From assembly GCA_051306005.1 (NCBI GenBank), contig JBPPMJ010000003.1:249396-313395 (forward strand): a DNA stretch of 64,000 nt, in the 5' to 3' direction. The notes under the pieces were generated by a model. That model saw only the letters and a list, made by a program, of their open reading frames with translations, searched no databases and was not told the origin of the DNA. The DNA is from Minisyncoccota bacterium. GTDB lineage: Bacteria > Patescibacteriota > Minisyncoccia > Moranbacterales > UBA1568. Shown here in pieces: positions 47,443 to 56,859 of the stretch (its first letter is position 1; every line of letters begins with the position of its first letter). The position numbers and the translations under genes are program-made.

Positions 47443-48613
47443 ACAGACTGTTGCTATTGATATCCGTTTACTCGGCAAGAAACGCACCGGCGATGAAATG
47501 GTTTTTTTTCATCTCACCAAAGAAGTTATCAAACTCAACACAGAGACTACAGACTATCATTTGTTGACCGATAGAGTTGATACTGCACAGCGACGCGCTT
47601 TGGCGGAACGATTGGAATGTAGCGATAATTCTGCAGTACAGATTGTTTCACTTAAAGCTCAAAATCGTTTTATTTGGAATATATGGGTTTTACCGTTGTA
47701 TCTTTGGCGTCAACGTATCGATGTTCTGCATACACAATACATCATCCCTTTTTTTTATCCGAAACATACAAAAATTGTTGTTCATATACATGATATTTCT
47801 TTTCGTGTTTATCCAGAACTTATTCGTTGGACAGATCGTCTTTTCCTCTACCTGCTTATTCCTCGTTCGTTGCGTCGCGCGAAACGTATTTTGACTCCTT
47901 CACAATTTACAAAAAATGAAATAATACATTGGTACCATATTGCACCCCAAAAAATTGCCGTTATTCCAAATGCGGTTGGGGAGGAATTTATGCGATCTAC
48001 CTCTCTGGTGCCGGAAGCCGTAGTGGCGCTGAAAACAAAATATCATTTACCAAAAAGATTTCTGATTGTTGTGGGAACGCTCCAGCCTCGCAAAAACATC
48101 CCGTTTCTCATCACAGCTTTCGCAAATTTTCAAATCAAAATCGGGCAATCACATCCGCAATGTGCCGATATAGGACTCGTTATTGTGGGGAATCCGCAGG
48201 CGCACCATACTGATCCGCGTATTCGTGAGGTTATTCATGAATATCACCTTGAGTCATTGATACATTTTCCCGGTTTTATTGAGACTCCTGACCTTCCACA
48301 TGTTATTGGTATGGCGGAGGCACTCGTTTTCCCCTCTCTTTACGAAGGATTTGGTATCCCGCTTTTGGAGGCTATGAGCCAGGGAGTACCTATCATTTCC
48401 TCTAATATCGCCAGTTTACGAGAGGTGGCAGATGATGCCGCCCTCTATTTTGATCCTCAAAGCCTTGCTCGTTGTACGGAAATACTGTATACTCTTTTTA
48501 TTAATCCAAAACAACGAGAAGAGCTTATACGGTGCGGAAAAAAGCGCCTTCAATTTTTTTCTTGGACAAAAAGCGCCATTCTTCTCTCCAATGAATACCA
48601 TTCTTTAATATGA
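47429..48613 (+). CDS. GT4-family glycosyltransferase
   Basis: It has YEGFGIPLLEAMSQGVPIISSNIASLREVADDAALYFDP. It overlaps the upstream gene by 14 nt. Confidence 0.85.
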   Translation: MTNVKQTVAIDIRLLGKKRTGDEMVFFHLTKEVIKLNTETTDYHLLTDRVDTAQRRALAERLECSDNSAVQIVSLKAQNRFIWNIWVLPLYLWRQRIDVLHTQYIIPFFYPKHTKIVVHIHDISFRVYPELIRWTDRLFLYLLIPRSLRRAKRILTPSQFTKNEIIHWYHIAPQKIAVIPNAVGEEFMRSTSLVPEAVVALKTKYHLPKRFLIVVGTLQPRKNIPFLITAFANFQIKIGQSHPQCADIGLVIVGNPQAHHTDPRIREVIHEYHLESLIHFPGFIETPDLPHVIGMAEALVFPSLYEGFGIPLLEAMSQGVPIISSNIASLREVADDAALYFDPQSLARCTEILYTLFINPKQREELIRCGKKRLQFFSWTKSAILLSNEYHSLI

Positions 48614-49818
48614 ATTCAATGAACCAAGCAACATCCAAAAATAATTCTCCATCGATTCCACCAAAACGAAAACATCGCTGGTTACGTATTGTCTTGTTTT
48701 TCATCATTCTTTTGATGATTGCCAGTGGCGTTATTTTAGCAAAAACAGGTTTTGTTTTAAATCGCATTTCGGAAGGAAAGGCAGGTGTTTTTGAAAGTTT
48801 CTTGAAATCATTACCTGGGGTAAAGCAAACGCTTACGGGTGAATCGGAGGGAAGAATTAATATCCTTATTCTGGGAATGCGTGGTGAGGGAGTGGCGGGG
48901 GGAGGGTTACTTGCGGATACTATCATGGTACTTTCTGTGCATCTAAAACAAAATGAACAGGATACAACGCGTGCCTCTCTCGTTTCTATTCCACGTGATT
49001 TATATGTGCAGGTACCGGGACGCGCCGAACAACGCAAGATAAACGCCGTATACGTTCTCGGAGAAGAACGCGAATCACACAAAGGAGGCATTGAAGATAT
49101 GCGTACCATCGTCGGTGACATTACTGGTTTAGAGATTCCTTATGCAATAACCATCAATTTTCAAGGTTTCAAGGATCTCGTCAATGCATTGGGAGGTATT
49201 TCTGTTACGCTTGACCACCCTTTTGAAGAAAGCATGCAATTCCGTGAGCCACATGTCTGTGATGGAAATGTCTTTACCATCCCTACCAATCCGCCACAAT
49301 ATGAGAATAAATATCATGTCCGTAAAGATGGTACACGGTATGTCGCTAAGAGTTATCCATTGTGCTACAATCCAAACCTTGAGTGTGGAGGAAGTTTTTT
49401 CTTGAATGTGGGTGTGAATATTTTAGATGGTGATAAAGCGTTGTGTTTCTCTCGTGCCCGTGTCACTTCCAATGATTTCGAACGCGCTAAGCGTCAACAA
49501 CAAGTGATTGATAGTATCATGACCAAAGCGACATCTGTCGGTGTTCTCACGAGTTTTGATACGATTAACGGTATTCTGAACAGCCTAGGTGACAATGTAC
49601 GCACCAATTTGGAAACTTGGGAATTGAAGCGCCTTTTCGACCTGTATCAACAAATAGGCGCTGATGTCAAATTGTCTCAAAAGGTGCTAGACACCTCTGA
49701 AAATGGGCTTTTGTATCATCCAGAAAACAGTGCGACAGAAGCCGGGTACATTCTTTTGCCACAAGGAGATAATTATGATCGTATTCATGAATTATTTCAA
49801 AATATTCTCAATCCCTAA
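48610..49818 (+). CDS. LytR-CpsA-Psr (LCP) family glycopolymer phosphotransferase
   Basis: An N-terminal TM anchor precedes the LCP core: INILILGMRGEGVAGGGLLADTIMVLSV…SIPRDLYVQVPG…KINAVY. It overlaps the upstream gene as ATGA. Confidence 0.75.
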   Translation: MNSMNQATSKNNSPSIPPKRKHRWLRIVLFFIILLMIASGVILAKTGFVLNRISEGKAGVFESFLKSLPGVKQTLTGESEGRINILILGMRGEGVAGGGLLADTIMVLSVHLKQNEQDTTRASLVSIPRDLYVQVPGRAEQRKINAVYVLGEERESHKGGIEDMRTIVGDITGLEIPYAITINFQGFKDLVNALGGISVTLDHPFEESMQFREPHVCDGNVFTIPTNPPQYENKYHVRKDGTRYVAKSYPLCYNPNLECGGSFFLNVGVNILDGDKALCFSRARVTSNDFERAKRQQQVIDSIMTKATSVGVLTSFDTINGILNSLGDNVRTNLETWELKRLFDLYQQIGADVKLSQKVLDTSENGLLYHPENSATEAGYILLPQGDNYDRIHELFQNILNP

Positions 49819-49833
49819 AATATTGGCAGGGAA

Positions 49834-50655
49834 ATGAAGACTGAACTTACTATAGCAATCAATGGTCACAAGAGTCCGGAATTACTCCGTCTTTGTCTCA
49901 GCTCCATTTTGGAGCATATGGCTGATACCGATATTTCTTACGAGGTTATCGTGACAGATAGTGAGACTGGAGAAGAGACTGAAACGTTGATGCGGGAAGA
50001 GTTTTCAAGCTTCCGTTTTTTTCCTTTTCAAGAAAATGTTGGCTTCAAAACGATGATCAATAGGTCTCTGCAAGAGGCGCAAGGACAATACATTTTTCTT
50101 ATTAATAGTGATATCATTCTGACACAGAAAACATTACCGGGTTTATTGAGTTATCTCAAATCACATCCAGAAATCGGTATTCTGGGTCCAAAGCAATTGA
50201 ATTTTAACGGAACATTACAACCAAGCTGTTTTCGTTTTTATCATCCTCTGACGATAGTGTATCGGCGTACTTGGCTTGGAAAATTGCCTTTTGCCAAACA
50301 ACATATTGATTGGTTTGTTATGGCGGATTATGATAAACAGGTACCACGCGGTGTGGACTGGCTGATGGGTTCGGCATTACTCGTATCTCAGGATGCGGTA
50401 CGGCGTGTTGGACCTATGGATCAGCGTTTTTTCATGTACATGGAAGATGTAGATTGGTGCCGACGTTTCTGGGAACAAGGCTTGCAAGTTGTGTATTATC
50501 CATATGTGTTTGTATATCATTATCATGGTAAAGCGAGCGCACGAGGAGGATTTCTCGGCTCACTTCTCTTTAATCGCTTGACCTGGTATCATATTAGAAG
50601 CGCTGTGCAATATTTTTGGAAGTATCGTCATAAACCATTGCCAGTCATTCGATAA
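49834..50655 (+). CDS. GT2-family glycosyltransferase (WbbL/rhamnosyltransferase-like)
   Basis: It has YEVIVTDSETGEET…, GILGPKQLNFNG and DWLMGSALLVSQDAVRRVGPMDQRFFMYMEDVDWCRR. Confidence 0.75.
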   Translation: MKTELTIAINGHKSPELLRLCLSSILEHMADTDISYEVIVTDSETGEETETLMREEFSSFRFFPFQENVGFKTMINRSLQEAQGQYIFLINSDIILTQKTLPGLLSYLKSHPEIGILGPKQLNFNGTLQPSCFRFYHPLTIVYRRTWLGKLPFAKQHIDWFVMADYDKQVPRGVDWLMGSALLVSQDAVRRVGPMDQRFFMYMEDVDWCRRFWEQGLQVVYYPYVFVYHYHGKASARGGFLGSLLFNRLTWYHIRSAVQYFWKYRHKPLPVIR

Positions 50656-50669
50656 ACCTATTTTTTCTT

Positions 50670-51977
50670 ATGGAAGAATCTCGTCAAATAGCACCAGAAA
50701 TCACAGATGCAATGATCAACAAAAATGCAGAATACGAACGCGGTCATCGTATTTTCAAACGATCTATCACCGTTCTTTTTATAGTACTATTTCTTGGTGT
50801 GGTGTTTTTTGTAGGTTATGAGTATGGCAGGAAGTATGGTATCAATGTCTCGGAAAATCATGAGAAGATCTCTCAAAATGAGGCAATTTTGCTGAACAAG
50901 AACAGCCAAGATAAAACTATTGATTTCGCTTTATTTTGGAGAGTGTGGGGAATTTTGAAAGAAAAGTACGTTGATGGAGGCACGCTCGATGCCAATACAC
51001 TTGTTTACGGGGCTATTGAGGGTATGCTGTCCGCAACGGGTGATCCCTATACTACATTCTTTGATCCGGCGGAAAATAAAGAGTTTCAAGAGGATATTTC
51101 CGGTGTTTTTGAGGGCATTGGGGCAGAGATGGGTATTAAGGATGATGTTCTGACTATTATAGCACCGCTTGAAGGTACTCCTGCTGAACAAGCTGGATTG
51201 ATGGCGGACGACAAAATATTGACTATTGATGACAAAAGCACTACGAATATGTCAGTGGAACAAGCGGTTGGGTTGATTCGCGGTAAAAAAGGTACTGAAG
51301 TTAAATTGAACATCTTTCACATAGGCGATGAAGAGCCACATGATGTCTTGATTAAACGCGATGTTATTTTGGTAAAAAGCGTACGTTTTGAAATGAAAGA
51401 GAATGATATTGCTCTGATTCGCGTGAGTCGCTTCGGTGAAGATACTGAAAAAGCTTTTCGTACAGCTATCAAGCAAGCATTGGATGCTCATGCCCAAAAA
51501 CTTATTTTGGATATGCGGAATAATCCGGGTGGTTTTCTGGATACGTCTGTTGAAATGGCAAGTCTTATGCTTCCGACTAAACAAATAGTCGTTATGGAAG
51601 AAGACGGTACCGGATCTAGAAAAGAACTGCGATCTCGTGGTGGTGATCAAGTCTCTCATCTCCCTACCGTTGTACTCATCAATGAAGGGAGTGCTAGTGC
51701 TTCAGAAATTTTGGCAGGTGCATTACGGGAAAACAGAGATAATGTGACCGTGATTGGTAAGAAATCATTTGGCAAAGGATCAGTACAAGAGCTTATTTCC
51801 CTTACCAAGGAAACATCTGTGAAAATTACCGTGGCACGCTGGCTGACACCCAAGGGTAATCAAATCAACAAGGTTGGTATCAGTCCGGATATTGAAGTCA
51901 CATTGACTCGTGATGATTTGAACAATAAGCGTGATCCACAATTAGATAAGGCGCTGGAAGTTCTGAAAACCAAGTAA
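50670..51977 (+). CDS. ctpA: Carboxy-terminal processing peptidase (S41 family, Tsp/CtpA) with PDZ domain
   Basis: The PDZ domain is FEGIGAEMGIKDDVLTIIAPLEGTPAEQAGLMADDKIL. The S41 motifs are LILDMRNNPGG and LINEGSASASEILAGAL. An N-terminal TM anchor is present. Confidence 0.85.
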   Translation: MEESRQIAPEITDAMINKNAEYERGHRIFKRSITVLFIVLFLGVVFFVGYEYGRKYGINVSENHEKISQNEAILLNKNSQDKTIDFALFWRVWGILKEKYVDGGTLDANTLVYGAIEGMLSATGDPYTTFFDPAENKEFQEDISGVFEGIGAEMGIKDDVLTIIAPLEGTPAEQAGLMADDKILTIDDKSTTNMSVEQAVGLIRGKKGTEVKLNIFHIGDEEPHDVLIKRDVILVKSVRFEMKENDIALIRVSRFGEDTEKAFRTAIKQALDAHAQKLILDMRNNPGGFLDTSVEMASLMLPTKQIVVMEEDGTGSRKELRSRGGDQVSHLPTVVLINEGSASASEILAGALRENRDNVTVIGKKSFGKGSVQELISLTKETSVKITVARWLTPKGNQINKVGISPDIEVTLTRDDLNNKRDPQLDKALEVLKTK

Positions 51978-52004
51978 AAGTTGGAATATTGAAGCATCCT
52001 TTTG

Positions 52005-52031
52005 TTAGCACTTCATTGACGAGAGTGCTGG
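52005..52031 (+). promoter_or_regulatory. CIRCE-like inverted repeat (HrcA operator) overlapping a candidate -35 box upstream of groES
   Basis: The element reads TTAGCACTT-(9 nt CATTGACGA)-GAGTGCTGG, against the CIRCE consensus TTAGCACTC-N9-GAGTGCTAA. TTGACG at 52016-52021 plus a 17-nt spacer plus TATGCT form a plausible sigma70 promoter. Confidence 0.55.
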
Positions 52032-52078
52032 GATATGTTATGCTGTACTCAAACAGTAATCCAATTAAGAGTAAGTAT

Positions 52079-52354
52079 ATGCAAAAAATGAATGTACAGC
52101 CACTCGGAGAAAATATCTTGATTCAGCCAGAAAAGCCTGAACAAAAAACTGAAGCGGGGATTTATTTACCTGAGAGTGCCAGTCAAGAGCGCTCACAACT
52201 TGGCAAAGTGATGGCTATTGGAGACAGTGAGAAAATTCATGTTAAAATCGGACAAAGAGTTATTTTCCGCCGTTATGGCGGTGAAGAGGTAAAAATTGCT
52301 GGAACGGAATATCTCATCGCCAACCACAAGGACGTTTTGGCTATTGTCGACTAA
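52079..52354 (+). CDS. groES: Co-chaperonin GroES
   Basis: It has MNVQPLGENILIQPEKPEQKTEAGIYLPESA…GKVMAIGD…EYLIANHKDVLAIV. The start is at 52079 or 52088; the track ORF has a spurious 5' extension. Confidence 0.85.
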   Translation: MQKMNVQPLGENILIQPEKPEQKTEAGIYLPESASQERSQLGKVMAIGDSEKIHVKIGQRVIFRRYGGEEVKIAGTEYLIANHKDVLAIVD

Positions 52355-52379
52355 AGAGTGGTTTACACCGAATATGAGA

Positions 52380-52416
52380 CAGGATGAGTAGGTATACCTA
52401 CTCATCCTGTTTTTTT
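52380..52416 (+). terminator. Rho-independent terminator after groES
   Basis: A 13-bp perfect stem (caggatgagtagg / cctactcatcctg) encloses a tata loop and is followed by 7 T. The T-tract overlaps the stop of the convergent minus-strand gene. Confidence 0.65.
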
Positions 52417-53236
52417 ATGGCTCCAGAATAAATCTTGATTCAGAAGTGAGATAATTGTTACCTCGCAGGGTACGCACTGAAAAGATACCTAGATCGAAAA
52501 GACGGACACCAGCTTGAAAAGAAGCCAAGTCATTCTCACCATAGACGATTATTTTTTTATTGGCTGGTATTTCCGTTACCCGTTTTTCTAATTCATTGAG
52601 TGGAATATTAAGTGCTCCCTGGATATGTTTTTTTGCGAATGCATCCGGATTTTGGACGTCAAGAAAGAAATATGGTATCAATCCTTCATTCTTGATTTTC
52701 TGATATTCTTCAAAAACAATGTAAGTGATTTTAGATTGATCAACAAATGAATTGGGATCACCAATAGTTACTGTCGGCAATTGTTTATTTTTCCAATTTT
52801 CGATACCACCTTTCAAAACAAAGTAAGATAATGATTTTTGACGAAAAATATTGTGTATTGCTTCAAGAATGTTGGCATTGTCATGAGGCAGTATGAGCAC
52901 TACCGCTTCATCTGTATTCTTGGGTGGCGAAAAGGTATTGAGAGTCCCAAGGGTCATTGGACGAGCATGGGCAATATGCTCCGTTTGAAAAGATGCTTCA
53001 TCTCGAACGTCAAGAAGAACGACTGTTTCGCCATTTTGTATTTTTTTGAGCAATACTTCCGCATCAATCCATGGAATATCCTCTGTTTTGGTTTCAGAGA
53101 CGACCGGAAGGGTATTTTTTTCATTTTCCCCCCACATAAATGTTTTTCCAAGAAAATAACCACTGACCAAGAGAATAAGGACACCACCAAAAAAAAGAGT
53201 TTTTATATCCTGATTACTTCTTGGTGTTGGTGTCAT
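52415..53236 (-). CDS. Membrane-anchored tandem rhodanese-homology-domain protein (no cysteine; predicted non-catalytic)
   Basis: An N-terminal TM helix precedes two rhodanese-like repeats (…VVLLDVRDEASFQTEHIAHAR… and …FFLDVQNPDAFAKKHIQGALNIP…KIIVYGENDL). The whole protein contains zero Cys, so the catalytic Cys loops read ILPHDNAN and VYGENDL. Confidence 0.65.
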   Translation of the reverse strand: MTPTPRSNQDIKTLFFGGVLILLVSGYFLGKTFMWGENEKNTLPVVSETKTEDIPWIDAEVLLKKIQNGETVVLLDVRDEASFQTEHIAHARPMTLGTLNTFSPPKNTDEAVVLILPHDNANILEAIHNIFRQKSLSYFVLKGGIENWKNKQLPTVTIGDPNSFVDQSKITYIVFEEYQKIKNEGLIPYFFLDVQNPDAFAKKHIQGALNIPLNELEKRVTEIPANKKIIVYGENDLASFQAGVRLFDLGIFSVRTLRGNNYLTSESRFILEP

Positions 53237-53239
53237 ATT

Positions 53240-54289
53240 TTATTGCAAGAAAGTGCCGATAAAATCAGGATTACCCAGAAGAAATTCTCGGATAGACATC
53301 CTATTTTTTCCTGCCAACTGTACTTCTTCCAAAAATATGATACCCGAGGTTGTTTGCACACCGATTTTGTCACTCAATTCAAAGACCTGACCAATAGGAT
53401 GAGTGATTGTTTGAGTCATTTTTTGATATGAGATTTTGTGAAGTTTCAATCGTAATAGCTCTCCGTCTTTTTTCCAAAAAACAAAAATGCCAGGCCAAGA
53501 GGAGAGCGCACGGAAACGATTGTAAATAGAAAGAGCTTCATCGGTCCAAAGAATGTGTCCATCTTCACGTTCAATCAATTGACAAAGAGTTGCTTGATTG
53601 TTGTCCTGTTTTTTTGCTTCAATAGCATGTGTGATCCACAGGGGTATCGTCTCTAACAAAAGGGTTTCCGCCAAAGAAAGAATACGCGACATCAATTCTA
53701 CTCGTGTCTCATCCTGATGAATGTGTAGGGATCGTTGAGCGAGGATATTACCCGTATCCATACCCTCATCCATAAGTATAATCGTTGCTCCGGTTTCTTC
53801 CGCACCTGTGAGGAGGGCGTTTTGTACCGGTGAAGCACCGCGCCACTTTGGGAGTAGAGAGGCATGAACATTGATACATCCAAAGCCAGGTATGCGCAGA
53901 ACCGCAAGGGGGAGTATTTTTCCGTATGCAACTACGATGATAAGGTCTGGTTTCAAGGAAGCTATTTTTTGTATCACTTCTGCTGTGAATTTTTCTGGTT
54001 GTTCTACAAGAATATCATGCTGTATCGCTATTTTTTTCACTGCGCTTTGTTGTATTTCTTGTTTGCGTCCAATAGGTCGATCGGGTTTGGTAAAGACTGA
54101 TACGATGTTATATTGTTGCGCTATAAGACTAGAAAGCAGGGAAGCAGAAAAATCTGGTGTACCCATGAAAACCACACGTATTTGAGGCGAAACTGAAAGG
54201 GAAGAATTACCGTGATGCTTATCCATCTGAGAAGGGATTGGTGTCGTTTTATATATGGGTAAATGAAAAATGTCTCGCAACGTTCTCAT
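53240..54289 (-). CDS. fmt: Methionyl-tRNA formyltransferase
   Basis: It has RVVFMGTPDFSA, INVHASLLPKWRGASPVQNALLTG and TGATIILMDEGMDTGNIL. The likely start is an internal ATG (MDKHHG…, about 54226). Confidence 0.85.
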   Translation of the reverse strand: MRTLRDIFHLPIYKTTPIPSQMDKHHGNSSLSVSPQIRVVFMGTPDFSASLLSSLIAQQYNIVSVFTKPDRPIGRKQEIQQSAVKKIAIQHDILVEQPEKFTAEVIQKIASLKPDLIIVVAYGKILPLAVLRIPGFGCINVHASLLPKWRGASPVQNALLTGAEETGATIILMDEGMDTGNILAQRSLHIHQDETRVELMSRILSLAETLLLETIPLWITHAIEAKKQDNNQATLCQLIEREDGHILWTDEALSIYNRFRALSSWPGIFVFWKKDGELLRLKLHKISYQKMTQTITHPIGQVFELSDKIGVQTTSGIIFLEEVQLAGKNRMSIREFLLGNPDFIGTFLQ

Positions 54290-54317
54290 AGTGTTTCTCT
54301 ATTCTGGTTAGAAGAAT

Positions 54318-54779
54318 TTATTTTTGTTGCTTGGCGTGACGATTGATAATCAAAATGCCTTCCAGATGATCAATTTCATGTTGGATAACAACGGCTAAGA
54401 GTCCGGTGGCACGCAATTTTTTGGGCAATCCCTTTTCATTTTGATAGCGTACAGTCACTTCTTCGGAACGAATAATAGGGAAAAATTGTCCAGGTAAACT
54501 CAAACAACCCTCTTCAAAAACAATTTTTTCTTGAGAATAAGATGTGATCTCTGGGTTGATGAAATAAAAAACTTCACCCTCTACCTCGGCAACCGCCAAA
54601 CGAAGCGACTGATTAATCTGAGGAGCTGCTAATCCTACACCGTTTTCTTGGTGCATTTTTTCTATCATTTTTGGTAACAATGCCTGAATCTCCGGATGGA
54701 GAGGATCTTTCACACGCTCTGTTTTTTGCAGTAAAATTTCAGTAGTGGCGCCGGTAACAAGTGGAAGCATACTATTCAA
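54318..54779 (-). CDS. def: Peptide deformylase
   Basis: The three Def motifs are present: GVGLAAPQINQS, EGCLSLPG and HEIDHLEG. Confidence 0.9.
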   Translation of the reverse strand: MNSMLPLVTGATTEILLQKTERVKDPLHPEIQALLPKMIEKMHQENGVGLAAPQINQSLRLAVAEVEGEVFYFINPEITSYSQEKIVFEEGCLSLPGQFFPIIRSEEVTVRYQNEKGLPKKLRATGLLAVVIQHEIDHLEGILIINRHAKQQK

Positions 54780-56749
54780 AGAAATGAAATGGGGTCAACG
54801 TCGATAGTGATTGTCTGATGATTTTTTTTTAAAAAAATACGTACTGGTTCTGGTAATGGTTTGTCTCTGGCGATACGTAGGAGAAGGGTATAGCCATATT
54901 TTTTGCGACTCGAACGACTTTTGACGGAACGAGGTATACTCAAACGATAATCAGTAGGCAATAGGGGTACCATCTCCTGATATATTTTTTGTGCTTTTAT
55001 TTCTGCTTGAGTTTCAATGGTGTCATAACAGGTCAGGGCTATCAAGCGCGAAAACGGAGGATAGAAAAGAGCTGATCGTTCTTCCATGATATGTTGACTA
55101 AAGGCAGTTCCGTCCATCGTCGTTATTCGTTGCAAAAATGCGCTTTCCGGATGAAAAGTTTGCACGATCACGTTTTTGTGTGAAGGAACGACGTTTTTTG
55201 GATTAGTCTGCAATGTTGCTCGTGTCAATAAGTGAAAAAAATTTTCATCGGCACGAAAATCTGCAAACCCGAGAAGACTATCTGCATCAATGATACCGAT
55301 AAAAGCAAGTTTTGGCAAGAGATGTGACTTGAGAATCATCTGTGTACCGATGAGAATATCCACCTTACTTTGTTGTGCTCTTTTGACAAATTGACGCACT
55401 TGCTTGAGTGTCTGAAGTGCCATACTGTCAACGCGCTCAACATGAGCATTGGCGAAGAGTTTTTTTGCTTCCCGTTCTACTTGTTCCGTGCCAAAACCGA
55501 CATGTCGAAAAGAGAGGTGCCCACAAGCGGGACAGCTTGGGAAAGAGCCCGTTTTGTATGTACACCCTAAACAATGGAAAGAGCCATCTTTGAGTGCTGT
55601 CAAAGTGTGTCCAGATAGGGGACAACGTAGGATATGCTTACAATGTTCACAAACGGAAAAAGCATAAAGGCCTTGACGATGAATGTACAATAGCACTTGT
55701 TGCTTGTTGGATAATGCCGTTCGTGTTGCTTCTATGAGTGCCTGTGAGAGAGGAGAATAATTTTTATGATATCGTTCAAGACGCAGATTGACGATTTCTA
55801 GTTGCGATCCAAGAGCGTGTTGCATTCGCAGAGGAACAAACGGTGATAACTGATTTTCTTGTATTGCATTTCTACTGGATATGCTTGGCGTTCTGGAAGT
55901 TAAAACGAGCGTTGCTTGATGCAGTAATGCCAATTGATGAACTACTCGTTTGCTGTCATAGCGCGGGCTCATATCCCATTGTTTATAACTTTCATCTTGT
56001 TCCTCGGTCAATAAAATTAAACCAAGAGTATGGAATGGAGCAAAGAGTCCTTGGCGTGTCGCCAAGATAATACGTACCTCATCGGCACGAATCTTTTCCC
56101 ATACCGAAAAATAGGCTCCTCGTGCCAACTGACTGGAGAGAACGGCGATTGTTTCTGTTGGAAAATGTTCGTGTAACATATTTTCCCATTCCGGAAGTAA
56201 CATGATTTCCGGTACTAGTATCAAGACTTGTCGTTTTTTTATTGTTTGTCTGATTATGTGTTCAAATACTGATGATGTATCATCTAATGCCGATACATCC
56301 AGAAACCCTGGTGTCGTGAACGATAGGGCCTGATAGATCTTTAAGATCGATTTAGTCTGTGTGTTTGAGCGTGTCGGGAAATTTTTTGTATCGGATACTG
56401 GTGATATTTTTTTTACCAAACGAGTTCGTTGGGGGATGAAATGTTTGAGAGTTTTTCCCAAGGAAGTGAAATATTCTTCGCTAATATATTCTGCTAATTC
56501 CCTTTGTTTCTCTGTGACAAACTGTGGGGCCAATATTGCACCAACAAACTTCATCCATGGGGGTGCCTGGCCGGGGAGGGGGGCACAGGCGAATACCACC
56601 CCTTTGATAATTTGTTTACCAAAAGGAATGGAAACATATGCTCCTGGCAATATGGCTTCATGTGCCAGATAACTGAACAAGGGAGAGCGATTGAGCGGAA
56701 GAATCACTATTGGAGCAATTTCTAGACGATAGAGGGGTATTGATTTCAT
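54776..56749 (-). CDS. priA: Primosomal protein N' (replication restart helicase PriA)
   Basis: It has the DEEH-type box (LILLTEEQDESY) and a Cys-rich zinc-binding insert: CEHCKHILRCPLSGHTLTALKDGSFHCLGCTYKTGSFPSCPACGH. The start overlaps the def stop by 4 nt. Confidence 0.85.
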   Translation of the reverse strand: MKSIPLYRLEIAPIVILPLNRSPLFSYLAHEAILPGAYVSIPFGKQIIKGVVFACAPLPGQAPPWMKFVGAILAPQFVTEKQRELAEYISEEYFTSLGKTLKHFIPQRTRLVKKISPVSDTKNFPTRSNTQTKSILKIYQALSFTTPGFLDVSALDDTSSVFEHIIRQTIKKRQVLILVPEIMLLPEWENMLHEHFPTETIAVLSSQLARGAYFSVWEKIRADEVRIILATRQGLFAPFHTLGLILLTEEQDESYKQWDMSPRYDSKRVVHQLALLHQATLVLTSRTPSISSRNAIQENQLSPFVPLRMQHALGSQLEIVNLRLERYHKNYSPLSQALIEATRTALSNKQQVLLYIHRQGLYAFSVCEHCKHILRCPLSGHTLTALKDGSFHCLGCTYKTGSFPSCPACGHLSFRHVGFGTEQVEREAKKLFANAHVERVDSMALQTLKQVRQFVKRAQQSKVDILIGTQMILKSHLLPKLAFIGIIDADSLLGFADFRADENFFHLLTRATLQTNPKNVVPSHKNVIVQTFHPESAFLQRITTMDGTAFSQHIMEERSALFYPPFSRLIALTCYDTIETQAEIKAQKIYQEMVPLLPTDYRLSIPRSVKSRSSRKKYGYTLLLRIARDKPLPEPVRIFLKKNHQTITIDVDPISFL

Positions 56750-56859
56750 AATGTCATTGTATCAGATAGAAGTACATTCTTCCCAGTTTTTTGCGACATC
56801 TTGTTTCATGTTTTAGATGAGATGTTGATTTTTTGGCTCATATATGCTATTCATAAGAT

